This document shows positions 29,488 to 39,958 of a stretch of DNA of 64,000 nucleotides, one piece after another (position 1 is the first letter of the stretch; each line of letters starts with the position of its first letter). Position numbers and translations under genes: made by a program. The notes under the pieces are model-generated. The model made no database searches and was not told the origin of the DNA. It saw only the letters and a program-made list of their open reading frames with translations. This DNA comes from an uncultured Spirochaetota bacterium (GTDB taxonomy: Bacteria > Spirochaetota > Spirochaetia > SZUA-6 > CAVTHK01): NCBI GenBank assembly GCA_963734495.1, contig CAVTHK010000011.1, positions 480,001-544,000 on the forward strand, in the 5' to 3' direction.

Positions 29488-30723
29488 TCACACGTCGCGC
29501 AGCGCGTCCACCACGACGAGGCGTGCCGCCCGGCGTGACGGCGGCACCGCCGCCAGCGCGGCCGTCGCGAGGGCCGCGGCCGACGCGCCCACGAAGTCGA
29601 TGACGCGGTAGTCGGAGAGGAAGCGGCTCGCGAGCGGGACGGGGAAGTCGGCCGGCAGAGCGTGCGACAGGTCCACCCCGACCGTGCCCAGATAAAAGGC
29701 GGCGGCCCCGGCGAGCAGGCACCCGACGAGAGAAGCTCCCAACGCCGTGAGGAGAGCCTCCAGCACGAAGAGGCCGGCGGCCTGCCGTCGCTTCATACCG
29801 ATCGCCCGAAGCGTGCCGATCTCGCGCACGCGCTCCCGCACCGACATTGCGACGGAGTTCACCATGTTGAGCACGGCAAAGAGGAACACCAGCGCCAGCA
29901 TCGCGGAGAAGCTCCCGGTGTCCGCGCGGACAGCCGCGACGATCGTCTCGGCGAAGCGCTGCCACGGGTAGACCTGCACGGGAGCGGCGGCAAGCGCGGC
30001 GGCGACGGCGCGCTCGCCCCGGTCGATCGGCACGCGGTCGGCGAGGCGCACAACGAGGCGCGTCACGCGGTCCGGGAGAGCGAGCATCGTTTGCGCGCTC
30101 GCGAGGTCCACGAGCGCCATGTGCTCGTCCATCACGGGGTAGCCCAGAGAGTAGATCCCGCTTACCCTGAGGTCGATCAGGTTCACGGCGCCGTTGACGT
30201 CCGGGGCGCTCAGGAACACCGTATCGCCGGGGGCGACGCCCATGCGCTCCGCGAGAGGCTTGCCGATCAGCACCCCGGGGGCGCCGTCGAGGTACTCGCC
30301 GGCCACGACAGCGCGGGCGATGACGGTGAGGGCCTTCTCCCGCGGCGGGTCGATGGCGCGCACGAGAAGCGGCACGGAGGCCGCGCCGAGCGAGAGCCTG
30401 CCCTCGAACTCGATGCGGCCTGAGACCGCGGCCACCATGGGCAGGCTCGCCACCCTGGCCTCGCTCGCCGCGTAGCCGTCGATCGCGAGGTCAAGGGGGA
30501 AGCGTCTCGCCTGCTCCAGGTAGCCTCGCCTCACGACCTGCAGATGGCCGGTGTCGAAGTCGATCAGGCTCCTGTAGAACGTCGAGAAGTAGCCGCGCAC
30601 CCAGCCGCTGCCGGTCGCCATCAGGAAGACCCCGATCGTCATGGCGGCCATGTTGAGCACGGTGCGCCTGCGGTTGCGCACGAGGTTGCGGAATGCGAGG
30701 CGGAGGAGCTTCAACCTTCCCAT
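29488..30723 (-). CDS. LolE/FtsX-like ABC permease
   Basis: LAFRNL.RN.RRT, ERVREIGTLRAIG. Confidence 0.88.
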   Translation of the reverse strand: MGRLKLLRLAFRNLVRNRRRTVLNMAAMTIGVFLMATGSGWVRGYFSTFYRSLIDFDTGHLQVVRRGYLEQARRFPLDLAIDGYAASEARVASLPMVAAVSGRIEFEGRLSLGAASVPLLVRAIDPPREKALTVIARAVVAGEYLDGAPGVLIGKPLAERMGVAPGDTVFLSAPDVNGAVNLIDLRVSGIYSLGYPVMDEHMALVDLASAQTMLALPDRVTRLVVRLADRVPIDRGERAVAAALAAAPVQVYPWQRFAETIVAAVRADTGSFSAMLALVFLFAVLNMVNSVAMSVRERVREIGTLRAIGMKRRQAAGLFVLEALLTALGASLVGCLLAGAAAFYLGTVGVDLSHALPADFPVPLASRFLSDYRVIDFVGASAAALATAALAAVPPSRRAARLVVVDALRDV

Positions 30724-30724
30724 C

Positions 30725-31951
30725 CTACAGGGCCCGCAGGCTCTCGACCACGGTGCGCTTGAGCACGACGCGCGCCGCGTAGAGGCCGCAGAGGCCGGCG
30801 ATCGCGGCGCCCAACGCGAACGCCCCGACGGCGCGGCTCAGCGACAAGTGGAAGTACAGCGTCCCGCCCGCCGTCATGATCTCGTTCAGCGCGCCGAGGG
30901 CCAGGCCGCGGCGCTCGAGCAGCAGCACAAGCGGCACGCCGACCGCCAACCCGAGCAGGCCGCCCGCCACCCCCTGCGCAAGCCCCTCGCCAGTCAGCAG
31001 CGCGGCGAGCACCCGCCTGCGGAAGCCGATGGCGCGCAGCGTGCCGATCTCGCGCACGCGCTCGAGGAGCGTCCCGAGCAGCGCGTTTGTGATCATGAAA
31101 GCGGCGGCAACCGCGATCACCCCGTTGATGACGGAGACGAAGACGTCGAAGAGGTCGACGAAGACCAGGAGCCCGCCGTTGGCTTCCCTGTACGTCCGCA
31201 CGAAGAGCCCCGGCACGGTGCCGCGCACGGCCGCCGCCACGGAGTCCGCCTCCCGCGGGTCGAAGAGCCAGGCGCGGACCTCCGTCGCCTCGTGCGCCCC
31301 GAGCCCCAGCAGGTCCCGCGCCGCCGCGAGCGTCGTGAGGAACCAGGCGTCGTCGGTCTCGCTGGACCCGGAGTCGAAGAGGCCGCGGACGGGAAGATCG
31401 AGGTAGTAGGGGCTTCCGGTGGAATCCTCGACGAGCACTGCCACGCGGTCGCCCACCTTTGCTTCGAGGAGCGTGGCCGCGCGCGTGGAAAGCAGGAACC
31501 CCTCGGCGCCGCCGGCGAGGAAAGAGCCTGAGCGGATCCCATGCCGGATGCTCTCGTAGTAGCCTGTGTCCGCGTCGACGCCGATGCCGCCCATGGTGAG
31601 GCTGCGATCGCCCGCGATCAGCAGGGCCCCGTACGTGATCACCGGCTCCGCGCGCTCCACCAGCCTGCGGCCGGCCGGGTCGGTCAGCGCCGCGATGCGG
31701 GCGGCGAGCGAGTCGGCGTCGGCGATGCGGGGGCTCGCGGCGTAGGGATCGAGCCGCTTCTCGTAGCCGGCGGCGAACGCCTGCACGTGCCCGCCGTCGC
31801 CGACCAGGCGGCCGAGCAGCCCGGAACGCATGCCTTCCATCATCCCTCCCATGAAGACCATGAGAAAGACCGACAGGGCGATGCCGGCCACCACCAGCGC
31901 CGTGCGCCTCGCCCGGCGGCCGAGCGACAGGACGATCAGCTTAAGCAGCAT
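30725..31951 (-). CDS. LolE/FtsX-like ABC permease
   Basis: RRT.L, ERVREIGTLRAIG; paralogue of the downstream permease. Confidence 0.88.
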   Translation of the reverse strand: MLLKLIVLSLGRRARRTALVVAGIALSVFLMVFMGGMMEGMRSGLLGRLVGDGGHVQAFAAGYEKRLDPYAASPRIADADSLAARIAALTDPAGRRLVERAEPVITYGALLIAGDRSLTMGGIGVDADTGYYESIRHGIRSGSFLAGGAEGFLLSTRAATLLEAKVGDRVAVLVEDSTGSPYYLDLPVRGLFDSGSSETDDAWFLTTLAAARDLLGLGAHEATEVRAWLFDPREADSVAAAVRGTVPGLFVRTYREANGGLLVFVDLFDVFVSVINGVIAVAAAFMITNALLGTLLERVREIGTLRAIGFRRRVLAALLTGEGLAQGVAGGLLGLAVGVPLVLLLERRGLALGALNEIMTAGGTLYFHLSLSRAVGAFALGAAIAGLCGLYAARVVLKRTVVESLRAL

Positions 31952-32618
31952 CGACGATCACCCCGTCGCGGAGGCGCACGACCCGCCGCGCATACGCGAG
32001 GATGCCGGCGTCGTGCGTCGAGAAGACGAAGGAAACGCCGCGCTTCCTGTTCATCTCGGCGATGGCCTCGAGCACGCCGCGTCCCGTCTCGGAGTCGAGG
32101 TTCGCCGTGGGCTCGTCGGCGATGACGAGGTCCGGGTCGTTGGCCAGGGCGCGGGCGATGGCCACCCGCTGCCTCTGTCCGCCGGAGAGCTCGTCGGGTC
32201 TGTGGCGCGCGAACTCCTCGAGCCCCACCAGGTCGACGAGCGCGTCGACGCGCGCGCGGCGCTCCGCGGGCGTCAGTCGCGTCAGTAACATAGGGAGCTC
32301 GACGTTCTCGGCGGCGTCGAGGACCGGGACGAGGTTGAAGGTCTGGAAGATGAACCCGATGCGCCGGAGGCGCAGCGCCGTGCGGCCGTCGTCGGACAGC
32401 TCGGCGACGTCTGCGCCCTCGAAGAGCACGCGGCCCGAGGTCGGCTCGTCGAGACACCCGGCGAGGTTCAGCATCGTGGTCTTGCCGCACCCCGAAGGCC
32501 CGACCACGGCCACGATCTCGCCGCGTTCGACCGCGAGGCTCACCCCGCGCACCGCGTGAATCACCGCGCTGCCCAGCCGGTAGTCTTTGGTCACGTTCTC
32601 GAGCTCGAGGATCGCCAC
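31941..32618 (-). CDS. ABC ATPase (LolD/MacB-like)
   Basis: GPSGCGKTT, LSGGQRQRVAIAR, ADEPTANLD, STHD; GTG start. Confidence 0.92.
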   Translation of the reverse strand: MAILELENVTKDYRLGSAVIHAVRGVSLAVERGEIVAVVGPSGCGKTTMLNLAGCLDEPTSGRVLFEGADVAELSDDGRTALRLRRIGFIFQTFNLVPVLDAAENVELPMLLTRLTPAERRARVDALVDLVGLEEFARHRPDELSGGQRQRVAIARALANDPDLVIADEPTANLDSETGRGVLEAIAEMNRKRGVSFVFSTHDAGILAYARRVVRLRDGVIVDAA

Positions 32619-32626
32619 ACGCCCCC

Positions 32627-33760
32627 CTAGAAATGGACCAGCAGCGAGATCTCCCCCGCCGCGCGCGCCGGCGCCGAGCCGAATGCCGTGGTGCGCTGGC
32701 CGGCGGTCCACGTGCCCATGAGGCGCAGCTCGTCCTGGGGACCAAGGCCAAAGGTGAGCGCGTGGCGGGCGAGGACGCTGCCGTCGTCGAGCGAAACGAA
32801 CAGCGTATTCTCCAGGCTCGCGGCGTCGCCTTTCGCGACGGCGAGGGCGGGGGCGATCAATGCGGCGTTCGGAAACCCGGGCGCGAAGCGCCGCGAGTCC
32901 TGCTGGTACCACTCGAGCGCGGCCGTCACGGTGAGGCCGCCAATGGAGAACATGCGCAGCAGGTGCGCCGTGGCCGCGAGGGCCGGGCCGTCGGCGAGGT
33001 CCGCCGCCGCCTCGGCCGCCAGGACCGTGCCCGCCACCTCCGCGGACGCGTGCACGCCAAGCCTGGTCGTCTCATCCGGCTGGTAGACGGCGGACACGCC
33101 GCCGGCGAAGGTGCCGACGAGCGTGGCGACGCGCGCGGCCGCGCGCAGGCCGCGCGCCCAGTCGGGGTCCTGCGAGAGCGCGCGGTCGACGCTGAGCGCC
33201 GCCTGCGCGGTGGCTTTCGAGCTCCATGTGACCGCGAGTCCGTCGAAGCCGGTCTCCTCGGGTCTGAACACGCCTGAGGCCCCCTGCGACACCGGGTTCA
33301 GCGCATCGGCGGGATGGAACGAGAGCCCCGAGCCCCAGGGGAGAAACACGCGGCCGGCCGCGACGTCCAGGCCGGCGGTCCGCCCGACCTGAGGCTCCAG
33401 GCGGATGAAAGCCTCGTACAGCGCGTACGTGACCGCATCGGCGACCGTGTCGCTGTAGATCGGCTCCACGCGGAGGTCGTGCCGCACGACGACGCTCCCG
33501 CCGTCGAAGGCCAGGGTGTGACGCGCGTACGTCTCGGCGGACCAGTGGAGCCCGGACGCTCGCGGGGCGGCCGGGTCGTCCGTGGTGTCGACCTCGCCCG
33601 CGATCTTCGCGTACCCGAGGGTCGAAAGCGCCTGCGCCCGCGCGGCAGGGCCGCAGGGCAGGGCGAGGAGCACAAGGGCCAGCGCCGCCGCGGGCTCAGC
33701 GCGTGAGCGCCGCGAGCGTGAACAGGCTGTCTGCGAGGTCGGTGCGCGCCTCCATCTCAT
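32627..33760 (-). CDS. Putative outer-membrane beta-barrel protein (start uncertain)
   Basis: Signal-like ALALVLLALP..ARAQ; LYEAF, GR..PWG.G..F.P.D..NP; C-terminal Phe. Confidence 0.6.
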   Translation of the reverse strand: MRWRRAPTSQTACSRSRRSRAEPAAALALVLLALPCGPAARAQALSTLGYAKIAGEVDTTDDPAAPRASGLHWSAETYARHTLAFDGGSVVVRHDLRVEPIYSDTVADAVTYALYEAFIRLEPQVGRTAGLDVAAGRVFLPWGSGLSFHPADALNPVSQGASGVFRPEETGFDGLAVTWSSKATAQAALSVDRALSQDPDWARGLRAAARVATLVGTFAGGVSAVYQPDETTRLGVHASAEVAGTVLAAEAAADLADGPALAATAHLLRMFSIGGLTVTAALEWYQQDSRRFAPGFPNAALIAPALAVAKGDAASLENTLFVSLDDGSVLARHALTFGLGPQDELRLMGTWTAGQRTTAFGSAPARAAGEISLLVHF

Positions 33761-34457
33761 CGATCGTCACCTCCGTGCGGGCGCCCTCCTGCTCGAGGCT
33801 CTCCATCACCATCTTCGTGGGACGCAGGGCGCCCGCTCGCTCGCGGTATCCGGCGAAGGTCAGGCGCTTGAGCAGCAGCCCGGACCTCGCGTAGTAGGCG
33901 ATCGAAAGGGGCCGGAAGCCGTCGGCCGTCACGCGGATCTCGAGGCGGCCGTAGGGCGACGAGGGGCGTTTCGCCTCGCAGGAGAGGATCAGCGCTTCGA
34001 CCGCGCCCAGGTCGGGATGCGAGACCCGCTCGCGGCCCGTGATGGCCGCGCGGTAGTCGTCGGTGTAGCGGGGATTGCTCGCGTCGGAGTTGGAAAAGAG
34101 ACTCCCCTGGAACGCATCACGCTCCGGAAGCCTCAGCGGCCGCTCCGAGCCCGAGCGCGGGTTGTACATCCACAGGACGCCCGCGCGCTGGAGGAAGCGC
34201 ATGCCGCGCGTCCGGGCCGGATCGAGCACCTCGACGAGCGAGCCCGAGCCTTCCTTGTACCGCTCCTGCATCACCATCTGGCGCGGGGTGGACCCCGGGA
34301 TCTCGGTGGTCATGGTCACGCGCGCCGTGTATTCGGTCGGGAACGCGGTGGTCTCCATTCGCCGGAGGATCGCGTCGGGATCAGGCTCCGACTGGGCGAA
34401 GACCGGCGGCGCGAGCACGAGGGCACAGGCGGCGAGGATCGAGAAACGCACCGGCAT
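33696..34457 (-). CDS. Outer membrane lipoprotein-sorting protein (LolA-like)
   Basis: P..RG..FL...LWMY.P..RL..F.GS.FS..D; YY..SG.LLK; FTL..L. Confidence 0.8.
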   Translation of the reverse strand: MPVRFSILAACALVLAPPVFAQSEPDPDAILRRMETTAFPTEYTARVTMTTEIPGSTPRQMVMQERYKEGSGSLVEVLDPARTRGMRFLQRAGVLWMYNPRSGSERPLRLPERDAFQGSLFSNSDASNPRYTDDYRAAITGRERVSHPDLGAVEALILSCEAKRPSSPYGRLEIRVTADGFRPLSIAYYARSGLLLKRLTFAGYRERAGALRPTKMVMESLEQEGARTEVTIDEMEARTDLADSLFTLAALTR

Positions 34458-34478
34458 GCCAGCCTTCAATTTGCCTCC

Positions 34479-35387
34479 TCAGTGCCCGAAGTCGGGAAAC
34501 CCGTGCTGCCGGCGATGAGGCGCGCTGTCGAACTGCTGCGTGGTCTTGAACCACTCGTAACGCCCGTCGCCGGCCACCGCGCGCGTCCGCGCGACCAGGG
34601 CCTCGATCTCGACGTCGCTCATGGGCCGGAACTCGCTCGCGATCTTCACGTTCTGGTCGACGTCGGCGGTCGACTCCATCCCGCAGACGAGGGTCGCGAT
34701 CGGCTGCGACAGGGCGAAGCGGAGGCAGTCTTCGACGGGGATGCCCGCGCGGAGCACGAGCTGCCCCTGCCCGCCGAGGCTCTTCATGCCGATCACGGCC
34801 ATGCGCTTCTCGACGGCGCGGGGAATCACGCCCTTGATGAAGCTGCGGAAGCTCACGTCGAGCACGTTGACGGGCATCTGCACGGATGACCAGGGAAAGT
34901 CGTGCTCGAGCATCGCGAGCAGGAACTGCGGGTCCTTGTGCCCGGTGAAGCCCACGTAGCGCACCTTGCCGGCCGCGAGCGCGGACCGCGCGGTTTCGGC
35001 GGCGCCGCCTTCGGCAAAGATCCACTCGGCATCGTTGCCGTAGTTGATCTCGTGGAACTGCCAGAGGTCGATGCGGTCGGTGCGCAGCCGTCGCAGGCTG
35101 TCGTTCAGGTCGCGCTCCGCGCCGACCCGGTCGCGGGCGCACACCTTGGTCATCAGGAAGACCTGGTCGCGTCGCCCCTGCAGGGCTTCGCCCATGATCG
35201 ATTCCGAGCGCCCTTCGTTGTACTCCCAGGCGTTGTCCATGAACGTGATGCCGCGGTCGACGGCGTACTGGACCAGGCGCACGGCCTCGCGCGTCGAGAG
35301 GCGCGGGTTGCCGATGTGGCCTCCGCCGACGCCGAGGACCGATACGTGCTCGCCGGTCGAGCCGAAGGGCCGAGTCATGACGCTCAT
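34479..35387 (-). CDS. Aldo/keto reductase
   Basis: DNAWEY..G.SE..G, TK, SLRRLRTD.IDLWQFH, GKVRYVGFTGH. Confidence 0.9.
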   Translation of the reverse strand: MSVMTRPFGSTGEHVSVLGVGGGHIGNPRLSTREAVRLVQYAVDRGITFMDNAWEYNEGRSESIMGEALQGRRDQVFLMTKVCARDRVGAERDLNDSLRRLRTDRIDLWQFHEINYGNDAEWIFAEGGAAETARSALAAGKVRYVGFTGHKDPQFLLAMLEHDFPWSSVQMPVNVLDVSFRSFIKGVIPRAVEKRMAVIGMKSLGGQGQLVLRAGIPVEDCLRFALSQPIATLVCGMESTADVDQNVKIASEFRPMSDVEIEALVARTRAVAGDGRYEWFKTTQQFDSAPHRRQHGFPDFGH

Positions 35388-35484
35388 GGCGCGCACCTCC
35401 CGATGAGTGCGCTTCGAAAGTACCAAACGCGAGCGGCCGCGGCCACCCGAGGGCTCCGCGGGCCGCGCCGCCCTACCAAGAAAC

Positions 35485-36676
35485 TCAGTCGAAGAAGTCC
35501 TCGTCGCCGGCGGGCAGGTAGGGGCGGGCGGCATCGGCGTTGAGCGTCACCCCGAGCCCGGGCCGGTCCCACACGTCGATAAAGCCGTCCCTGACGATCG
35601 GGCGGGGGAGCCCTTCCACGATGTCGTACCACCACGAGGGCTCGCCGACGGGATACTCGAACGCGATGTAGTTGTCCGGCAGCGTCGCCGACACCTGCAC
35701 CAGCGCCGCCAGGCCGAGAAGGCCGTCGCCGGTGCCGTGAGGGGCGATGAGCACGCCGTGGAGGTCCGCGTACTCGGCCACCCATTTGAGCTCGGCGATG
35801 CCGCCCACGTCGCAGGGGTCGGGGCCGACGACGTTGACCGCCTTCTTCTCGAAGAGCTCCCTGAAGTTCTGCCGCAGGTAGATCTGCTCGCCGGTGTGGA
35901 TCGGGGTCGACGTGCTGCGGGTGACCTCGCGCAGCACGTCGGCCATGACGTACGGCGTGTAGTCGCCGGTGACGAGGTCCTCGAGCCACATCAGGTTCAT
36001 CGGCTCGAGCGCCCGCGCGAGCCTGATCGCGTCCGGGACCGTGAACCCGGGGCCGCAGTCGAGCGCGAGCCCGACCTCGTCGCCGAGCACGGCCTTCATC
36101 GCCTCGACGCAGGCGATGATGTGCTTGAGCCCGCGCTCCGTGAGCGGACCGCGGTTGGGGTGCCTGCCTCCCGTGCGCACTTCGCCATAGAAGAAGCCGG
36201 GCACCTCGGCCGCCATGCTCGCCGTGGAAGGCGACCCCCTGCTTGATGATGCTGAACCCCTCGGGAGCCTTCTTCATCCAGGCCGTGTTCTCCGCGTAGT
36301 CCTCGGGGGTGTGCGCAGTGAGCGGCCTGCGGACGGCGCCGTCGTACACGCGCACCCGGTCACGCACCTTGCCGCCGAGGAGCTTGTGCACCGGAACGCC
36401 CGCCGCCTTGCCTGCGATGTCCCATAGCGCCATCTCGATGGCGCTCACGGCGCTGCCCCAGGGCTTGTTCCCGCCGAGGCGCCGGAACCTGAGCATGACG
36501 CGCTCGACGTCGGTAGGGTCCTGGCCCAGGATCTGCTCCCGGAAGAACAGGACGTGCGGCTTGTGGTGCGGCTTGTACGACTCGAGCTCCGCGTAGCCGC
36601 TGATCCCTTCGTCCGTGACCACGCGAAGCACCGGGTTGCGCCCGAGGACCGTGCACTTGAGGTCTGTAATTCTCAT
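35485..36676 (-). CDS. Mandelate racemase/muconate-lactonizing (enolase superfamily) enzyme; frameshift near 36220
   Basis: SAIEMALWDIAGK..GG..RDRV; LDC, WLED, TGEQ, APH, PGLGV. Confidence 0.85.
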
Positions 36677-36802
36677 TATTCCGCTCCTGAACTACGCCGA
36701 AGAGAAAACTAAAAGCGTCTCGGACTGCACGCAGTCCGTGGTTCACGCAGCCCCGCAGGGTCCGGCCGGGGCGAGTTGTGCCTGTCCCGTGGAGACAAGA
36801 TG

Positions 36803-36831
36803 TTGATTTTATGGACAATCTCCAATACAAT
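36803..36831 (+). promoter_or_regulatory. Sigma70-like promoter of the kinase-cheX-cheY operon
   Basis: TTGATT-17-TACAAT in an AT-rich island, 11 nt before the ATG. Confidence 0.55.
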
Positions 36832-36842
36832 CAAAACCTGAA

Positions 36843-39068
36843 ATGACCGCTCGAGGCAAGGCCCGCATCCTGATGGCCTCATCGGTGCTCCTGCTGGTCG
36901 CCAGCGGCGGTTATGCCTATCTCTCGGCGCAAAAAGTGGCCCGACTGCGCGAACTCCAGGCAGCCACCCAGGCGGCCCTTCAGGAAGCGTACCGCCTGAT
37001 GGTGCAGAGCAACATCGTGCTCCATAGCCGCGAGTCCATAGTGCGCCCCTTCCAGGACTGGAAGACGTCTCTGCGGCGCAACGCCGACAACCTCCAGGCC
37101 CTTGCCGTGCAGCCGGGCCTGAAGCTCCTGTCGCCGGAGCTTTCCGACCGGGCCGCGCAGGTGCTGCGCGTCTGGAAGGCGATGGAGACGTCGAACTTCA
37201 AGCCCGTGGAGCAGAGCCTGACCCAGGTGCTCGACAGCGCCGCCAGCGAGCTCGGCGCCCAGGGCGTGAGCGCGGGGCGGGAGATCGCGCTCGCCGACGA
37301 GAAGCTGCTCGTCACCTACTACCTGCCGATGGCCACCGCCGAAAAGGGGCTCACGACGGGCATCGACGCGCTCGGCCCGTTCGTGACCAACGTCCTCGAC
37401 TCTCTGGGCCAGCAGATCGGCAGGCAGACCGACGTCGCGCTTCTGCAGACCACGCGCGTCACGGCGGCGGCGATCGTCGTGCTCGTCGTGTCGGTCGTCG
37501 CCGCGCTCCTGTACAGCATCACCTTCCTCGACCAGGCCAACCGCAGCCTCGAGGACACCGTGCGCCGCAGGACGCGGGCCATCCAGAGCCTTCTCGACTT
37601 CTCCGGCAGGGGCTTCCTTTCGTTCGGGCCCGACTTCGTCATCAGGCCGGAGCACTCGCGCGATTGCGAAGCGATCCTCGGCCCGGACCTCACCGGCAAG
37701 CGGCTCCCCGATCTTCTCTACGCCGAGGGCACGGCCCACGGCGATTTCGTCAAGGCCCTGGAGCTCGTCTTTTCCGGCAAGTCGCGGCCCGATGTCGTCT
37801 TCGAGCTCATTGATAATGAAGTCAGGGTCGGCGACCGCCTGGTGCAGCTCGACTTCCGCGTCATCGACGCCGAGACGCTGATGTGCTCCCTCGAGGACGT
37901 CACGGAGCGCAAGAGGCTCGAGGCGCACGTCGCCGAGCAGCAGGAGCTGCGCGAGATGGTGCTCAGGATCGCCATGAACCGCAGGCCGTTCATCAGCCTG
38001 ACGCGGGAGGCGGAGGAAGTCTTCCAGACCGTGTACGCGCTTGCCCTGAACGGCAGTCCCGCAGAGCCGGGCAGGGGCCCCGCGCCGGCGCTCAGCCAGG
38101 GCGCCGCGCACGCGTCGGGAGGCAACGGCGACGGCGCCGTGGCGACGGCCCGGGCCGGGTCCGTCGACGGCAGCACGGCGCTGCAGGCCCTGCACACGTT
38201 CAAGGCCAATGCGGCCTTCCTGCGGATGAAGCGCACGGCCGGAGAGGCCCACGCGCTGGAGCAGAACCTCCAGGACCGGATGCTCGTCGAGGACGCGCCC
38301 GACCCGAGAGTGGGTCTCGAGTCGCTCATCAGGGCCTACCGGGCCGAGATCGACATCGTGCGCGAGCACCTCGGACAGGACTGGATCCGGGAGCCGGACA
38401 CGATCACGGTCCGCAGACAGCAGCTCCTGGCCGTGGAGCGGCTGGCGCGCACCGCGCACCCCGATGACCTGGGGCTGCAGACCGCGATCGAGGCGGCCCG
38501 CATGCTTCCCGTCGGCGAGCTGCTGGAGCGCTACAACGAGACGGTCCAGAACCTGGCCAGCTCGCGCGCCAAGCGGATCAAGCCGATCACGATCGTGGGC
38601 GGCGAGACCCTGATCCTTCCGGAGCACTTTGACCGGATCGCGGGTTCCATCGTCCACCTGCTGCGCAACATCGTCGATCACGGCATCGAGAGGCCGGGCG
38701 AGCGCACGGCGGCGGGAAAGGACCCTGAGGGCAGGATCACGATCGCGACAAAGGCGACCGGCGCGGGCATCGAGATCTCGCTGTCCGACGACGGGCGGGG
38801 GATCCCGTTCGAGGCCGTCCAGGCCAAGGCGAGGCTGCTGGGCATCGTCGCGCCGAGCGCCGTCCTCGGCCAGCGAGAGCTGATCCAGATCATATTCCGG
38901 CCGGGGTTCTCCACATCGGAGACGGTCTCCGCGGTCTCGGGCCGGGGCGTCGGCCTGACGGCGGTGAGGGAGACGGTCCGCGAGCTCGGCGGCCGCATCG
39001 GGGTGTCGACCCGCAAGGGGCAGGGGACCACCTTCACTCTATCGATCCCGTTCAAGGTGATGGCATAG
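36843..39068 (+). CDS. Membrane-bound CheA-like histidine kinase (2 TM, periplasmic sensor, PAS-like, Hpt, HATPase; no CheW domain)
   Basis: Hpt LHTFKANA; CheA-type HLLRNIVDHGIE, DDGRG, IFRPGFST, SGRGVGL, GTTFTL at the C-terminus. Confidence 0.85.
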   Translation: MTARGKARILMASSVLLLVASGGYAYLSAQKVARLRELQAATQAALQEAYRLMVQSNIVLHSRESIVRPFQDWKTSLRRNADNLQALAVQPGLKLLSPELSDRAAQVLRVWKAMETSNFKPVEQSLTQVLDSAASELGAQGVSAGREIALADEKLLVTYYLPMATAEKGLTTGIDALGPFVTNVLDSLGQQIGRQTDVALLQTTRVTAAAIVVLVVSVVAALLYSITFLDQANRSLEDTVRRRTRAIQSLLDFSGRGFLSFGPDFVIRPEHSRDCEAILGPDLTGKRLPDLLYAEGTAHGDFVKALELVFSGKSRPDVVFELIDNEVRVGDRLVQLDFRVIDAETLMCSLEDVTERKRLEAHVAEQQELREMVLRIAMNRRPFISLTREAEEVFQTVYALALNGSPAEPGRGPAPALSQGAAHASGGNGDGAVATARAGSVDGSTALQALHTFKANAAFLRMKRTAGEAHALEQNLQDRMLVEDAPDPRVGLESLIRAYRAEIDIVREHLGQDWIREPDTITVRRQQLLAVERLARTAHPDDLGLQTAIEAARMLPVGELLERYNETVQNLASSRAKRIKPITIVGGETLILPEHFDRIAGSIVHLLRNIVDHGIERPGERTAAGKDPEGRITIATKATGAGIEISLSDDGRGIPFEAVQAKARLLGIVAPSAVLGQRELIQIIFRPGFSTSETVSAVSGRGVGLTAVRETVRELGGRIGVSTRKGQGTTFTLSIPFKVMA

Positions 39069-39069
39069 G

Positions 39070-39540
39070 ATGAAAGCCGAATACGCGAACATCTTTGTCA
39101 GGGCGGCCATTCTCGTGTTCCAGAAGGAGCTCAGGATCCACCTGAGCCGGCAGAGCCTGCAGCGCAAGAGCGCGCCGATCCCCAGCCTGCCGGTGGCGAT
39201 CGTGCTGGGCGTCACGGGATCGACCCGGGGCCAGGTGGTGTACTCCGTCGACGCCGCCTTTGCCCAGGAGATCGCCCACGCGATGATCCCCAACAAGCTG
39301 CCCATGGAGCTCAAGCGCCTCATCAACAGCGCGGTCGGCGAGATCGGCAACATGATCACGGGCCAGGCCAGCATCGCGCTGGCGGGCGAGGACAGGATGA
39401 TCCACCTCACGCCGCCCGTGGTCATCACAGGGAGCAATCTCAGCGTCGATTTCCTGCAGGTCCCGACGATCTGCCTCAGGATGCTTTCCGAGCTGGGCGT
39501 GCTGGAGATCAACATCGCATTCGAGGACACGGGGGAATAG
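39070..39540 (+). CDS. cheX: CheX phosphatase
   Basis: G.TG..RGQV, SAVGEIGNMITG, LTPP. Confidence 0.88.
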   Translation: MKAEYANIFVRAAILVFQKELRIHLSRQSLQRKSAPIPSLPVAIVLGVTGSTRGQVVYSVDAAFAQEIAHAMIPNKLPMELKRLINSAVGEIGNMITGQASIALAGEDRMIHLTPPVVITGSNLSVDFLQVPTICLRMLSELGVLEINIAFEDTGE

Positions 39541-39543
39541 GCG

Positions 39544-39915
39544 GTGCGCAGCAGGGGGCTCATAGTGGACGACGCCGCCATCATGCGGCTGCGTCTTCGC
39601 GACATCCTCGAGGCCACCTGCGAAATCGTCGGTGAGGCGTGCGACGGCGAAGAGGCCCTGCAGCTTTACGAGAGCCTCAAGCCCGACTTTGTCACGCTCG
39701 ACATATCGATGCCGAGGACCAACGGCATGGACGCCCTCAAGAGGCTGATCGCGCTGCACCCCGACGCGAGGGTCGTGATCGTAAGCGCCGTCGGCCAGAA
39801 GAAGATGGTCCTCGAGGCGCTCTCGCTCGGGGCGGCTGATTTCGTGATCAAGCCCTTCGAGCCCGAGCGGGTCCTCAAGGCCATCGGCCGGCTGGTGATC
39901 AACCGCAGCCGCTAG
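39544..39915 (+). CDS. cheY: CheY-like single-domain response regulator
   Basis: IVDD, VTLDISMP, VSA, FVIKPF. Confidence 0.9.
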   Translation: MRSRGLIVDDAAIMRLRLRDILEATCEIVGEACDGEEALQLYESLKPDFVTLDISMPRTNGMDALKRLIALHPDARVVIVSAVGQKKMVLEALSLGAADFVIKPFEPERVLKAIGRLVINRSR

Positions 39916-39958
39916 GAGCCGCCGCGCCCGAGCGTGCCCGGGTCGCGGCAAGGGCAGA

